A DNA stretch of 64,000 nt. It comes from an uncultured Nitrospinota bacterium (GTDB lineage: Bacteria > Tectomicrobia > Entotheonellia > J063 > CAVPRW01). The stretch lies in contig CAVPRW010000033.1 in the NCBI GenBank assembly GCA_963707985.1, positions 1-64,000 on the forward strand, given 5' to 3'. The notes beneath the pieces were generated by a model. That model searched no databases. It saw nothing but the letters and a program-made list of their open reading frames with translations, and was not told the DNA's origin. Both the position numbers and the translations under genes were made by a program. How positions within the stretch are numbered: position 1 is the first letter of the stretch; each line of letters begins with the position of its first letter. This document shows, piece by piece, positions 1-10,200 of this stretch.

Positions 1-174
1 CTGCGGACCAAAGGTGAGGCCGAGGCGACGTATAACGCCAAAGTTGCGGCCTCCCTGACGCCGACGCTCATCCAACAGCAATATCTCATGCGCTGGAACG
101 GCCAGCTTCCACAATATATGCTCGGGGGAGACAACAGCCTCTTACTCCAGCTTCCCGGAGGCATACAGAAGTAG
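1..174 (+). CDS. C-terminal end of SPFH/prohibitin (band 7) family protein, truncated by window start
   Basis: Frame +1 reads LRTKGEAEATYNAKVAASLTPTLIQQQYLMRWNGQLPQYMLGG...GIQK*; GEAEA...SLTP.LI.....RWNG.LP is typical of SPFH C-termini. Confidence 0.75.
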   Translation: MRTKGEAEATYNAKVAASLTPTLIQQQYLMRWNGQLPQYMLGGDNSLLLQLPGGIQK

Positions 175-534
175 GGCACGGGACAGTCACGAGACTCTCG
201 ATCGATCGTGAGCTGTGCAAAGCGTCGTCCAGTGCAAGGCCGGCAGATGTCGGAGCATTCTGCCGATTGTGCTATGCTACAGACGGTTCTGCATGAGGCA
301 AAAGTCGCGCGCGCATGGTGCCACGAACGCATTCCTCCCACAGACAAAGATGCGTTCAGGCGGGCCTTGACACCTGTGGCTGGATGACAGCTGTCCGGAA
401 GATATTTCACTTGAAAATCCTGCAGGCTAAGGGTAGCCTTGACTCATTGTTTCCACGCACCCCCTAGGCTGGCTGCGCTGCAGATGGTTTGGTAAACGTC
501 GGCTACCTGTCATAGGCGAGAGAATCCTTCATCC

Positions 535-1854
535 ATGGCCAATCTCCGACGGATCAGGCAATTACTGAGTCTAGCCCTACGTCTGCGCTGCCTTCGATGT
601 GGAGAAGCGCCGATGTTTCAGGGACTGTTCAGGATGCGACCCGAATGTCCGACCTGCGGGCTCAAATTTGAGCGCGAGCCCGGTTATTTTTTGGGCGCGA
701 TCTACATCAATTACGCCGCGACTGTGGGGTGCATGCTGGCCGGATTCTTCGCCTTGGATTACCTGGTCAATCTGCCGTTGACCTATCAAATCATCGTGTG
801 GAGCGGTTTCGGCGTGGTCTTCCCGATACTGTTCTACCGCTACTCGAAGAGCCTTTGGCTTTGCCTTGATTACCTCTTCAGCCCAGTCGAGGAAGCTCGT
901 GTGGAGATGCGTACGCCCAGAAGCAACCCTGATGAAGCCTCGCCAGCTGTTGAAGTCGAAGATTTGCGCCATCTCTATGGCGATCGCGAGGCCCTTGGCG
1001 GGGTGAGTTTTTCCGTCGCTCGCGGTGAGATGTTCGCCCTGCTCGGCCCCAATGGTGGGGGGAAAACGACACTCTTTAAGATTCTCTCGACGCTCATGCC
1101 GCCAACCTCGGGTGTTGTACGCCTGTGGGGCCATGACCTCAGCCGGGACCCTGGGCTGGTTCGCCGGCACCTGGGGGTGGTCTTCCAGCATCCGAGCCTC
1201 GACCGCAAGCTCACGGTGTTCGAGAATCTGCGGCACCACGGACACCTCTACGGACTGGCGGGAAGCATGCTTCAGCGTCGGGTGCAGGCGATGTTAGCCC
1301 AAGTCAACCTAACCGAGCGCTCCAAGGACCTGGTGGAAACGCTCTCGGGAGGACTTCAGCGCCGCGTCGAGCTCGCTAAAGGCCTGCTGCATGAGCCGGA
1401 GATCCTGGTACTCGATGAGCCGAATACGGGTCTCGATCCTGCTGCACGCCGAGATTTCATGAATTATCTCCAGCATCTGCGCGAGCAAGACGGGGTCACT
1501 ATTTTGCTCACAACACACTTTATGGAGGATGCTGAGCGCTGCGACCGGGTAGGCATCTTACACGAGGGGAAGCTTGTCGCGCTGGGGGCGCCCGACGCCC
1601 TCAAGCAGAGCATCGGCGGCGACATCGTGGTCATCCAATCTCCAGACCCTCATGGTTTGCAAAAAAAGCTGCGCGAGCGCTTTGGTTGTGAAGCGACAGT
1701 GGTGGATGGGACCTTGCGGGTGGAGCGGCCACGCGGTCACGAGTTCATCCGTGATGTGGTTGAAGCGTTCCCAGGAGAGATCACCTCGGCGGCTTTTGGT
1801 AGACCGACGCTGGAGGATGTGTTTATTCATCTGACGCTGCAATCATATCGGTAG
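535..1854 (+). CDS. DUF983-like domain fused to ABC-2/DrrA-type exporter ATP-binding subunit
   Basis: N-terminal CLRC...CPTC then two hydrophobic helices; Walker A GPNGGGKT, signature LSGG, Walker B LVLDEP, TTH. Confidence 0.85.
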   Translation: MANLRRIRQLLSLALRLRCLRCGEAPMFQGLFRMRPECPTCGLKFEREPGYFLGAIYINYAATVGCMLAGFFALDYLVNLPLTYQIIVWSGFGVVFPILFYRYSKSLWLCLDYLFSPVEEARVEMRTPRSNPDEASPAVEVEDLRHLYGDREALGGVSFSVARGEMFALLGPNGGGKTTLFKILSTLMPPTSGVVRLWGHDLSRDPGLVRRHLGVVFQHPSLDRKLTVFENLRHHGHLYGLAGSMLQRRVQAMLAQVNLTERSKDLVETLSGGLQRRVELAKGLLHEPEILVLDEPNTGLDPAARRDFMNYLQHLREQDGVTILLTTHFMEDAERCDRVGILHEGKLVALGAPDALKQSIGGDIVVIQSPDPHGLQKKLRERFGCEATVVDGTLRVERPRGHEFIRDVVEAFPGEITSAAFGRPTLEDVFIHLTLQSYR

Positions 1855-1937
1855 CCACTTCGTTATCCAATCAGGAGACGGAGCATAGGCAGGGTTTGCA
1901 CAAACCTGTTCTCATCGCATCGAGAGAGCTGAAGCCA

Positions 1938-2720
1938 ATGACCTGGATTGTGTTACCCGCGGTAACCCTGTGCTGGCGAGAAATCGTCAGATTTGTGCGC
2001 CAGCGCAGCCGTGTGACCGGCGCCTTTGCCCAACCCCTGGTGTTTTGGGTCTTGCTGGGGGGTGGGCTGAACGCCTCATTTCGTCCACCTGGGGTCCCTG
2101 ACGGCATGAGCTATGTGGAGTATTTTTACCCTGGAGCGATTGCCCTGGTGCTCCTGTTTACCGCCATTTTTTCCACCATTTCAGTGGTCGAGGACCGCCG
2201 CGAGGGCTTCTTACAAGGGGTGCTTGTGGCGCCAATTAGCCGCTCTACCATTGTTCTCGGACAGGCCCTAGGGGGAACCGCCCTGGCGTTAATCCAGGGT
2301 ATGTTGTTCCTTCTTTTCGCCCCTGCGGTCGGCGTCTCCCTATCCGTGCTAGGAGTGCTTTCGGCAATCGGCATCATGTTCCTGTTGGCCTTCAGCCTGA
2401 CCAGCCTAGGGTTGGTGATCGCCTGGCGGATGGACTCCACGCAAGGCTTCCACGCTATCATGAACCTGATTCTTCTCCCCATCTGGCTACTGTCTGGGGC
2501 ATTTTTCCCCGCCTCTGGCGTGTCGCCGTGGCTCGGTTGGGCAATACGGGTCAATCCCCTGACCTACGGCATGGCAGCGCTACGCCATTGCCTCTATCTG
2601 CGCTATCCCGCCGGTGTGGGCGAGGTCCCAGCACTGGCGCCGTCGCTCCTCGTCACCGCACTGTTTAGCATTCTTACCTTCATGTTCGCCATACAGGCCG
2701 CTCGGCAGAGCCGGACATAG
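1938..2720 (+). CDS. ABC-2 type transporter permease
   Basis: About six hydrophobic segments; EDRREGFLQGVLVAP, LSGAFFP, NPLTY motifs; ATG 1938 preferred over TTG 1896. Confidence 0.9.
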   Translation: MTWIVLPAVTLCWREIVRFVRQRSRVTGAFAQPLVFWVLLGGGLNASFRPPGVPDGMSYVEYFYPGAIALVLLFTAIFSTISVVEDRREGFLQGVLVAPISRSTIVLGQALGGTALALIQGMLFLLFAPAVGVSLSVLGVLSAIGIMFLLAFSLTSLGLVIAWRMDSTQGFHAIMNLILLPIWLLSGAFFPASGVSPWLGWAIRVNPLTYGMAALRHCLYLRYPAGVGEVPALAPSLLVTALFSILTFMFAIQAARQSRT

Positions 2721-3240
2721 TGGAGAGAGACCCAGCCGGTCGAGCCTCCAGACCGTCAGAACATTCTTTTCCCATATAGTCAAAAGACTCATGTGGCTTT
2801 CCGCGATAGAGCAGACCCATCCTTAGAATCCGCTTATGTCCGGGTTTGACCAATGTGTACAAATCGATGCAGGGGTGCGGAGGCATTGAAAAACTCAGCG
2901 GATAGCGGATTTGCTAGAGTGCTGGAGCGTCCACGTTGGGTAGTGTTACACATCGATCTCATTGGCCTCGGGTGTACCTACTCACTTTTCCACAATGGTT
3001 CACGCTATTTGTCTTCCCAGCATGTACTGGTACTCTTCTTGCTCTAGCGCACGGACGACCCTAAGGTAAGGGGATGTTGGCTCCTTGAACTACGGGCGCG
3101 CGGAGGGAGGCCGGTCTCCATCACCGGCTAGGTTTCACGATGATCGCATCTCACCAGCATGACCTGTGCAGCATGATCTGATCTCGCGGACCATTGAAAC
3201 ACCGTTTTACCTCCATGAGGAAGACGGTAGGAGAAAGCAC

Positions 3241-3615
3241 ATGGAAAGAGAACAGTTAGAACATGAATTCACACGCAAACCTGCCCCCCAGTCCGTTCGC
3301 CTCATTGATTTTGATCGCGCTGAGGTCCATCCAGGGTTCCTGCCTGGCACATACATCCTTATCGTTTCAGGCATCAAGCCGTACGTGACGATGCAGGTGA
3401 GTCTCAGCCCCTTAGTGTACGTTAGACAGCCGGAGTACTGGGGCATTGAGGTACTCGGCTCCCTCCCAGGCATGGGTCTTCCGGTGCTAGCTCCCTACAC
3501 GGTTTCCTTACCGCTTGGGGGTATTCAAGGGACCATCGGCATTGAAGTGATCGGCGCGAACAAAACGAAACAGATTGCCATTTTATCTAAAGAGGAATAT
3601 GCCCAGAAAGCCTAA
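3241..3615 (+). CDS. Hypothetical protein
   Basis: ATG preceded by AGGAG; protein-like composition (YVRQPEYWGIEVLG). Confidence 0.65.
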   Translation: MEREQLEHEFTRKPAPQSVRLIDFDRAEVHPGFLPGTYILIVSGIKPYVTMQVSLSPLVYVRQPEYWGIEVLGSLPGMGLPVLAPYTVSLPLGGIQGTIGIEVIGANKTKQIAILSKEEYAQKA

Positions 3616-3915
3616 CCCTAACGGAGGCGCGCCGCAAACAGTGAGCGATAGGCTCGCACACAACGTTGCTTCTGAGTCCATCGCTTGCTGCTTGCAGGTC
3701 GTGATCGTAATCGGTCGTCTCGACGAGTCGTTCGACGCCAGTCAACAAATCCCGCAATGGTTCTCTGGGGTGAGTCCCATGGCATTCAACCTGTCGCCAG
3801 CAGTGTCTGTTCTGACGTGATTTGGGATGGACACCGTCACGCGAATGGGCCTACACTTGGACCTACTCACCAACTCCGCCAGACCACGATTGATCTGTGA
3901 TGAAAGGAAAATTGG

Positions 3916-4551
3916 ATGAAGAACAACCAAGCTCCGAACGGTCGGACCGCCTATCGCCTCCCGCTCATGGTGTGCCTCGTTGCGCTAGCCGTCACATTCA
4001 CGGTAGCGCGGCCACAACCAGCCTATGCCGACGATGAGATTGTGCCACCCCGCGTACCTGACAAGCTGAAGGTGCCACGGGGCCACAAGGTGTTCCTCGC
4101 GGGGCACGCCATTGGCACTCAGGACTACATCTGTGTGCGCTCAGACTCAGACGACTCCCTCTCCTGGACATTCTTCGGACCGCAGGCGACCTTGTTCAAC
4201 GACTACGAGCGACAAATCATCACCCACTTTCTGAGCCCCAACCCGGACGAGAACGACGACCCACCTCGTGCGACTTGGCAGGACTCAGGCGACACCAGCT
4301 CCGTATGGGCGGTGCCGGAGGCCTCTGTCCCCGTCGAGCCAGAGGACATTCCCTGGCTCCTCCTCAAGGTCGTTGGTGCTGAACCCGGCCCCACGGGCGG
4401 CCGGAGACTCACAAGGACTAAGTATATCCAGCGACTGAATACCTCAGGCGGGATCGCGCCCGCGAATGATAAATGTACAGAGGTCAGCAAGAAAGCGTTG
4501 GTACCGTATGAGGCCGACTATTTCTTCTACAAATCCAGCGGGCATGAGTGA
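3916..4551 (+). CDS. Secreted DUF3455-family protein
   Basis: Signal peptide ending AYA; GTQDY, IPWLLL, YIQRLNTSGG, VPYEADYFFY motifs. Confidence 0.85.
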   Translation: MKNNQAPNGRTAYRLPLMVCLVALAVTFTVARPQPAYADDEIVPPRVPDKLKVPRGHKVFLAGHAIGTQDYICVRSDSDDSLSWTFFGPQATLFNDYERQIITHFLSPNPDENDDPPRATWQDSGDTSSVWAVPEASVPVEPEDIPWLLLKVVGAEPGPTGGRRLTRTKYIQRLNTSGGIAPANDKCTEVSKKALVPYEADYFFYKSSGHE

Positions 4552-5166
4552 TCGCTAGGCGCGTCAGCACATCACATGCAAAAAATGGCGTGGCTAACAG
4601 GAGTTGTGTGTACCAAATTTTTAAACTTTATTACCCTACCATGTGATGCCATTGACTTCGATTCGCTGTAAGGATCTTAACTACCACCACCGATCCGACC
4701 CTTCAAGGGGTTTCCTTGAAAGGACAATTTTCATGCCTCCTGGTGTCACATGAGGCATGAGAGCTCTGCCGCAAAGTTCGATATTGGGGCACAAAATCCC
4801 AAGATTGAACTTTGCGACATAACCGAAAAAAGTCTTACTGAAAGCCGCATAGACTATAACTGGCGGTATGAGCGCGTGGTCTTTCGACAGGAGGGAAAGA
4901 TTCCGAGCACAGTGACGTTTCGTTTCATGGAATCTATTGTAGACCTAAGCGGTATACTGAAGCTGGTAAGCCCTTGAGAGAGTGTACCGCTTTCGGCAGG
5001 TAGAGTGCTTAGAGATGTTGCGAGCTCGATAACGTTTTAATGCGGGTAATGCCTGTGCCGCTCTCGTGCAACGTTTTGAGCGTCGGCGGTAGCAGTGTAA
5101 GGGCATGTAACGCTGACCTCTCCCTCCCGACTGTGCTCAACTGGGCATGCATCTACCTGAGATGCC

Positions 5167-5568
5167 TCACCGCGGCAGTCCTGGGATCTCCCCATGCATG
5201 AATTCTTGTCGTAACGACACCATGACCTCGGCCTCGACCGCGGGCATGCTCAAGCCACGGGCCAGACCGTCTAGCTGCTGTGCGGCAATGATCTCCTGTA
5301 GATCGGCGATTTCCTCAACCCATAACATCTCTAATCCAGCCAGCACAGGCCTGATCTGCGCCATGTCCCACCGTTCGGGATCGCGCACCGTAGAGACCAG
5401 CATCTGCAGCAAGCCAGGGATATCGTCCGGGTCGATGCCCGGCACTCGCGCCAAGATCTGCCCGCGAATGGTGTGATAGGTTGCCATCGGGGAATCCCCC
5501 TTCTCACGTGGCTTAGGTTGGACACTCGTCGTCTGACCCACTGGCAAAGACCTGTTGAGGCTCGCCAT
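5167..5568 (-). CDS. Hypothetical protein (start probably at internal MATYHT)
   Basis: Helical ORF; GGGGA RBS-like sequence before MATYH. Confidence 0.5.
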   Translation of the reverse strand: MASLNRSLPVGQTTSVQPKPREKGDSPMATYHTIRGQILARVPGIDPDDIPGLLQMLVSTVRDPERWDMAQIRPVLAGLEMLWVEEIADLQEIIAAQQLDGLARGLSMPAVEAEVMVSLRQEFMHGEIPGLPR

Positions 5569-5871
5569 TATACTGAGACGATTATATCATGCCCTGGCAT
5601 CCATGGGGGCGATCAAATCATCAAACCACATCAGCCAAGTTGTTTGCTGAGAGCAGATGACCCGGATTGGATTGTGAACCCCGAGGAATTCGCCACCATT
5701 ATCAAAATTGACCTGGTGTGGAACTCTTCGAACGCCACGGAAGACCCCGCCAGCGGCGCGTACCGCGAGGGCACCCGGATCCTCGGGACATGCATTGGCA
5801 CCAGCGCGGCAGCGATGCGCGGCACTGTGAGCACGCCGAGGACAAGCCATGACGACTGCGATGCGGCGCGC

Positions 5872-6144
5872 TCAGATCTCCTCTTGTCCCGTTTCTAAAA
5901 GGTCATAAATGAGGATCGCGATGAAGGCCCCATGGAGGCGATCGGGTTCAGTGGAGCTACTCATCATGGTACGAATCTCGCGGAGGTGCTCTGAACCGAT
6001 CTTCTGGATTGCCGTATTGACCTGGGCATCGAAGCCCTCTGGTGTCCGGTCGATAATGGTTTTGATCTGCCGCATAATTGCCCTCCAGCAGGAGAAGGGA
6101 TGCTGGCGCACCCTCCTCTTTGTGCACGTGTGCGCTCTTATCAC
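5872..6144 (-). CDS. Small hypothetical protein (start probably MRQIKT)
   Basis: GGAGG before MRQIKTII; co-oriented with neighbours. Confidence 0.5.
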   Translation of the reverse strand: MIRAHTCTKRRVRQHPFSCWRAIMRQIKTIIDRTPEGFDAQVNTAIQKIGSEHLREIRTMMSSSTEPDRLHGAFIAILIYDLLETGQEEI

Positions 6145-6156
6145 AGCTCTTGAGGC

Positions 6157-6375
6157 CTAGCTTATCGATGTGTAGAAAGAAGCCCAGAGCTGGCGAATGG
6201 TATCTTCCGCGGCCATCACATGTCTAAAATCATTTCGCACGTCAGCTTTTTCCTCGGTTGTCGCACGATCGAAGGCATACGGGTGCTTGACCGTCGCAAC
6301 CATGAACTGCCCGTTATCTGGTGTGCTTGGTACACAAAAGACATCTCCCGCCAACATATCAAGTAGGAAACCCAA
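6157..6375 (-). CDS. Small hypothetical protein or gene fragment
   Basis: Co-oriented ORF; start uncertain. Confidence 0.35.
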   Translation of the reverse strand: MGFLLDMLAGDVFCVPSTPDNGQFMVATVKHPYAFDRATTEEKADVRNDFRHVMAAEDTIRQLWASFYTSIS

Positions 6376-6433
6376 CCCGTTTCTGCGTACCAGATGTCAA
6401 AGGGATTCAATTCGCCCGCGTCGGAGGAGATAC

Positions 6434-6973
6434 CTATGGGGTGTCCCCTAGACGCCCCGCCGCTGGGTCCCGCGGCAGGGTATAAGGATCGCTCTTCACG
6501 AGCATGTCCAGGAGTGCTTCACGGTGCTGCTGCTTGGCCGCTCGGAGGCGACGGAATCCCTCAGCCATGTCGGGATCGGCCTGCTCAGCCAGATGCATTG
6601 GCTCCACCAGCGCCTCGTAGGCGTGCCGCTCCGCCGCCACATCCATGAGCAGTGCTTCCCAACTATTGTGCGCCACCTTCGGGGTGCACGCACCGGTCGG
6701 GATGGTTTCGCCGTGGGCGAGGAGGGTGTCATGCAACCACGTGACATGCCCCTGGTCCTCCGCTGCCATGCGGAGGAGCCGCGCACGGAACTGCGGATAC
6801 TCCATGCGCTCGGCGTCCTGGGTGAACTGCGTCACCGTGTGGGCTGTTGCGATGTAGGTGTCGCGAAGCGCCTCGATCAGCGTCGGATGGGGATCAGGGT
6901 GGAGCGCGACGCAACACTGCTGCCACCCACGGTGGAGAGCACTTAGCAGTACGTTCATGGGGAGCGCTTCCAT
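6434..6973 (-). CDS. Ferritin-like (rubrerythrin-type four-helix bundle) protein
   Basis: Duplicated helix pairs with EDQGH and AKQQH at ExxH-like positions; GGAGG RBS. Confidence 0.7.
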   Translation of the reverse strand: MEALPMNVLLSALHRGWQQCCVALHPDPHPTLIEALRDTYIATAHTVTQFTQDAERMEYPQFRARLLRMAAEDQGHVTWLHDTLLAHGETIPTGACTPKVAHNSWEALLMDVAAERHAYEALVEPMHLAEQADPDMAEGFRRLRAAKQQHREALLDMLVKSDPYTLPRDPAAGRLGDTP

Positions 6974-6977
6974 GCGG

Positions 6978-7289
6978 TTACCCTCCGGCCGCGACAGGCA
7001 TTGGGGCGCTGGCGGCGTGTTGCTGCCGGGCTACTTCGGCCAACCGTTCGGCCACATAGGGCCGTTTCGGATCCAGCGCGCGCGCCTGCTCAAAAGCGGC
7101 GGTCGCGTCGGCCAACTGCCCCGCCGCTAAACAGGTATTCCCGTGCGTAAAGGCTTCGAACGCGAGAGTCTGCGGGGAAATTTCTGCGGACGACGGTGGC
7201 CCGATCGGCGTGCGCCAGTAGTTCCAACGGTTCCAGCCCATCCAGCCTGCGCATGCCATGACGACTACGACGACAATGATGCTGATCAT
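6978..7289 (-). CDS. Membrane-anchored single-TPR protein
   Basis: N-terminal TM helix; TPR pattern AFTHGNTCLAAGQLADATAAFEQARALDP; AAGGAG RBS. Confidence 0.75.
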   Translation of the reverse strand: MISIIVVVVVMACAGWMGWNRWNYWRTPIGPPSSAEISPQTLAFEAFTHGNTCLAAGQLADATAAFEQARALDPKRPYVAERLAEVARQQHAASAPMPVAAGG

Positions 7290-7855
7290 GTGGTCTCCTT
7301 TCCTAGGCCGCCGTGTGAGGCCCGGCGGCGTTTCGCCTCAAGCTGGATGGGCCGTTTTAGGCTGCATGATCCACGGCCGGCGCCGTGTGCGCTCGGTCTG
7401 TGGGACCCGCTGGCGGATCCATCCTTCAAGTTTCTGGTGCAACCGTGCAAGTTCCTCGACCGTAAAGTCATCCATGCTTCGAATCCCCCAGCGGCCGATG
7501 ATCGGGGACGTACGACCTCCGGTGGGTGCTGCATCGAATTCGTCTCTCACGGACAGGTCATCGTTCGATCTCTTCAAAGGAGGCCTCCATTTCTCGCGGG
7601 GTATCCAGAGGACCGTCTGCCACCGGTGCATCGGTTGAGGGGTGTGCGGTCTGGTCGCGTCCCTCATGGACGTGGTCTGTGGTTGAGCTCATACGTGTCT
7701 CTCCTGTGGCGGTAGCGCCTGCGCGGACCGGTCTGGCAGATCAGCCCGGTTGCCGGTGTATTGGCGTCACGACCTGCCTGTTCTTGGCAGGATGATGGTG
7801 TGCGATGACTGTCGTGGGTCGATGGCCTACCCGTTGGTGCGGCCGTTGACACGCC

Positions 7856-8185
7856 TCACCAGTCACGATGCGATACTGACGCCTGGTCCTCGCCGTCACG
7901 CTCCGCATACCCGTGGAAAGGCGTCCCATCGTGCGAAGGAGGAGTCGTGTCATGGGGCATGGTAGGGGAACGGGGTGCCGACGCCTCGTCTGGCGTTGGT
8001 CCTTGGTACTGGCCTTCAAGGTCTCGCAAGCCGCGGGCAATGGCCAAACGCAACACCGCCGTGCGCGTCGGCATGCCTAAGGCCCGGACTTCAGGGTCCG
8101 CAGCCATAACCTCGATCAGGGCATCGGCCCGTTCCAACAGATCCTGGGTCAAGCGCAGTTGTGTGGGGGTCTTGATGGCTTGCAT
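7856..8185 (-). CDS. Putative ribbon-helix-helix DNA-binding protein
   Basis: TQLRL beta strand, LLERADAL helix, TRTAVLRLAIARGL helix; GGAGG RBS; AT-rich upstream region. Confidence 0.6.
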   Translation of the reverse strand: MQAIKTPTQLRLTQDLLERADALIEVMAADPEVRALGMPTRTAVLRLAIARGLRDLEGQYQGPTPDEASAPRSPTMPHDTTPPSHDGTPFHGYAERDGEDQASVSHRDW

Positions 8186-8457
8186 ACTGTCCTCCCGAGT
8201 GCGACAACTGTGATGTTTATAGACCTACTTAAATGCTACTATACAGTATACCACAAAAATTCTAATAAGCAATACATTGAGCATGCTGTTCGCCGGGTAA
8301 ACCGACGGCTCGCCTCACCCGACAGGAACACTCGCCCGCACAGGTTGTGCGTGAAGGCATTGCGGCCTGCACCGGTCTTGCATGACTTGCGTGTGCTGCT
8401 GCCGGATGGGGTCGTTTCACAGCGGCATGGGTTCTCAGCGGAGCGGCGATAGATGGT

Positions 8458-8557
8458 GCCCATGAGCTGCCGGCACCCCTTCTACACATGGTTCACCGAT
8501 GGCGCTGGCACCAGCGACCGGCAAGCAGCAAAAATCCTGTTGGAAGAGGTGTCCTGA
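8458..8557 (+). pseudogene. Relic of the C-terminus of an adenylate-cyclase/AAA-TPR signalling protein
   Basis: AHELPAP/(+1 shift)FYTWFTDGAGTSDRQAAKILLEEVS* resembles the family terminus [29 protein letters not shown]. Confidence 0.65.
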
Positions 8558-8675
8558 GCTCGATCGACCTGTGGGACTGTATGGCAGCCGTTCTAGGTTA
8601 GAGCCTGATGGTCGTTACATTTCTGCGGCATAGGGGTAGGGGGTTTCTCTATATGACCGACTATGATATGGGCAA

Positions 8676-9038
8676 TCAGTGGCATTGAATACGTGGCAGG
8701 TAGGATTCATCGAACCCGATGTCTTCGTCGTCTTCAAGTGTATTCGCCAGGACGCGGCACTGGTCGATTTGTGCCACCAAAGTCTCGACGTCGATGCCTT
8801 GGTAGGAGGGCCGACACGGCGACAGGAGATCAACCGCAGACGTGAGCAGGTAGCGGGCCCCAAAGATGTTGCCCTGTTTGATGTGGTAGCAAGCCGCTGC
8901 CAGTTCCATCAAGCCGTGGAAAAACTCAGCGGCTTGCCCCGACTCTAAAGGGATCAGCTCTTCGAGGTAGTCATGGCATTGCAGGAATTCGCCACTGTTG
9001 AAGAGCTCGATCCCCCGTTGTAACTCGTCAGTCCGCAT
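8676..9038 (-). CDS. DUF309 family protein
   Basis: GIELFNSGEFLQCHDYLEEL, FFHGLMELAAACYH, YQGIDV. Confidence 0.85.
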   Translation of the reverse strand: MRTDELQRGIELFNSGEFLQCHDYLEELIPLESGQAAEFFHGLMELAAACYHIKQGNIFGARYLLTSAVDLLSPCRPSYQGIDVETLVAQIDQCRVLANTLEDDEDIGFDESYLPRIQCH

Positions 9039-9042
9039 GGCA

Positions 9043-10200
9043 CTATGCAGAAGTGATGTGGGCAGCTGCCGGGATGCGCTCATAATTCGACAGTCGGCGG
9101 CGGTCTTTGCGGCCACGTCGACTCTGGATGAGCTGCGCCACGATGCTGACAGCGATCTCCTCCGGAGTATCGGCCCCGATTTCCAACCCAATCGGTGCCT
9201 GCACCTGGGCCAGCCGAGCTTTGTCGGCACCGCGCTCGATCAGCTTCTTCCACATCCGCGAAATCTTGCGTTTGCTACCGATCATGCCAATGTAACGGGC
9301 CTCGGTGCGGATGGCCTGCTCGATCACCGGTTCGTCATGCTGATGGCCGCGCGTTACCGCCACGATGTACGACTGATCATCGATCTTGAGGCGCTCGAAC
9401 ACCGTGTAGAGGTCCTCCACACGGGTCTCGTCCGCCATCGGAAAGCGCTCCTTGTTGGCGAAGGCCGGCCGGTCATCGATGACTACGATCTTGAAGCCGA
9501 CCATCTTGGCGACCTTGGCGATCTGCAACGACACATGCCCGCCGCCGAACAGATACAGCGTCGGGAAGGCAATGATGGGCTCGACGAAGACATCGAGTGT
9601 ATCACTGGGTTCGAGCCCCCAACGTTGTGCCTCGTCATCGCTGATCTCGAACTGTAGGACCGTCAGGTAGTCCTCCCGCATGACCTCTTCGGCCTTCTGC
9701 CGCACGCAGTCCTCGATGAATCCCCCTTCACCGATCCCCCCCAGCATGGTGCCATCGGCCCGCAAGACCAGTTTGGATTTCTCCTGCATAGCGGCGGGAA
9801 TGCGGCTCGAAATCACCGTGGCGATGGCCCCCTTCTCACCTTCGGCGCGGATGCGAGCGATTTCCTCAAAAACAGCGGTCATACGATCGGGGACCACGGG
9901 CTCGATGAAGATGTCGACCTTCCCGCCGCAGTTGAGGCCACTCTCGCCGGCGTGCTGCTCGGTAAGGATAAAGGAGGCAATCTTCGAGATATCTCTTTTC
10001 ACCACGCGTTGAGCTTCGGCCCACACGTCAGCTTCCAGACAGCCACCGCCCACGGTGCCGACCATGGTGCCATCCTCGCCGACGAGCATCTTGGCCTTGC
10101 CGCTCATCGGTAGGGAACCCTTACTGGAGATGACCGTACACAGCGCACCTCGCTGCCCTGCCTGTTTCAGCCGCAGAATCTCAGCAAATACATCGTTCAT
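9043..10200 (-). CDS. xdhC: XdhC/CoxF family molybdoenzyme maturation factor
   Basis: GTVGGGCLE, GLNCGG, LFGGGHV, TRGHQHD, YIGMIGSKRK, PIGLEIGADTPEEIAVSI. Confidence 0.93.
   Translation of the reverse strand: MNDVFAEILRLKQAGQRGALCTVISSKGSLPMSGKAKMLVGEDGTMVGTVGGGCLEADVWAEAQRVVKRDISKIASFILTEQHAGESGLNCGGKVDIFIEPVVPDRMTAVFEEIARIRAEGEKGAIATVISSRIPAAMQEKSKLVLRADGTMLGGIGEGGFIEDCVRQKAEEVMREDYLTVLQFEISDDEAQRWGLEPSDTLDVFVEPIIAFPTLYLFGGGHVSLQIAKVAKMVGFKIVVIDDRPAFANKERFPMADETRVEDLYTVFERLKIDDQSYIVAVTRGHQHDEPVIEQAIRTEARYIGMIGSKRKISRMWKKLIERGADKARLAQVQAPIGLEIGADTPEEIAVSIVAQLIQSRRGRKDRRRLSNYERIPAAAHITSA

Noticed and set aside
2827..2932. Imperfect inverted repeat (AATCCGCT...AGCGGATT) as a MITE
   Set aside because: Only 8 bp match, no target duplication, no second copy seen
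4750..4977. 75-aa ORF in an AT-rich region
   Set aside because: No clear RBS or recognisable motif
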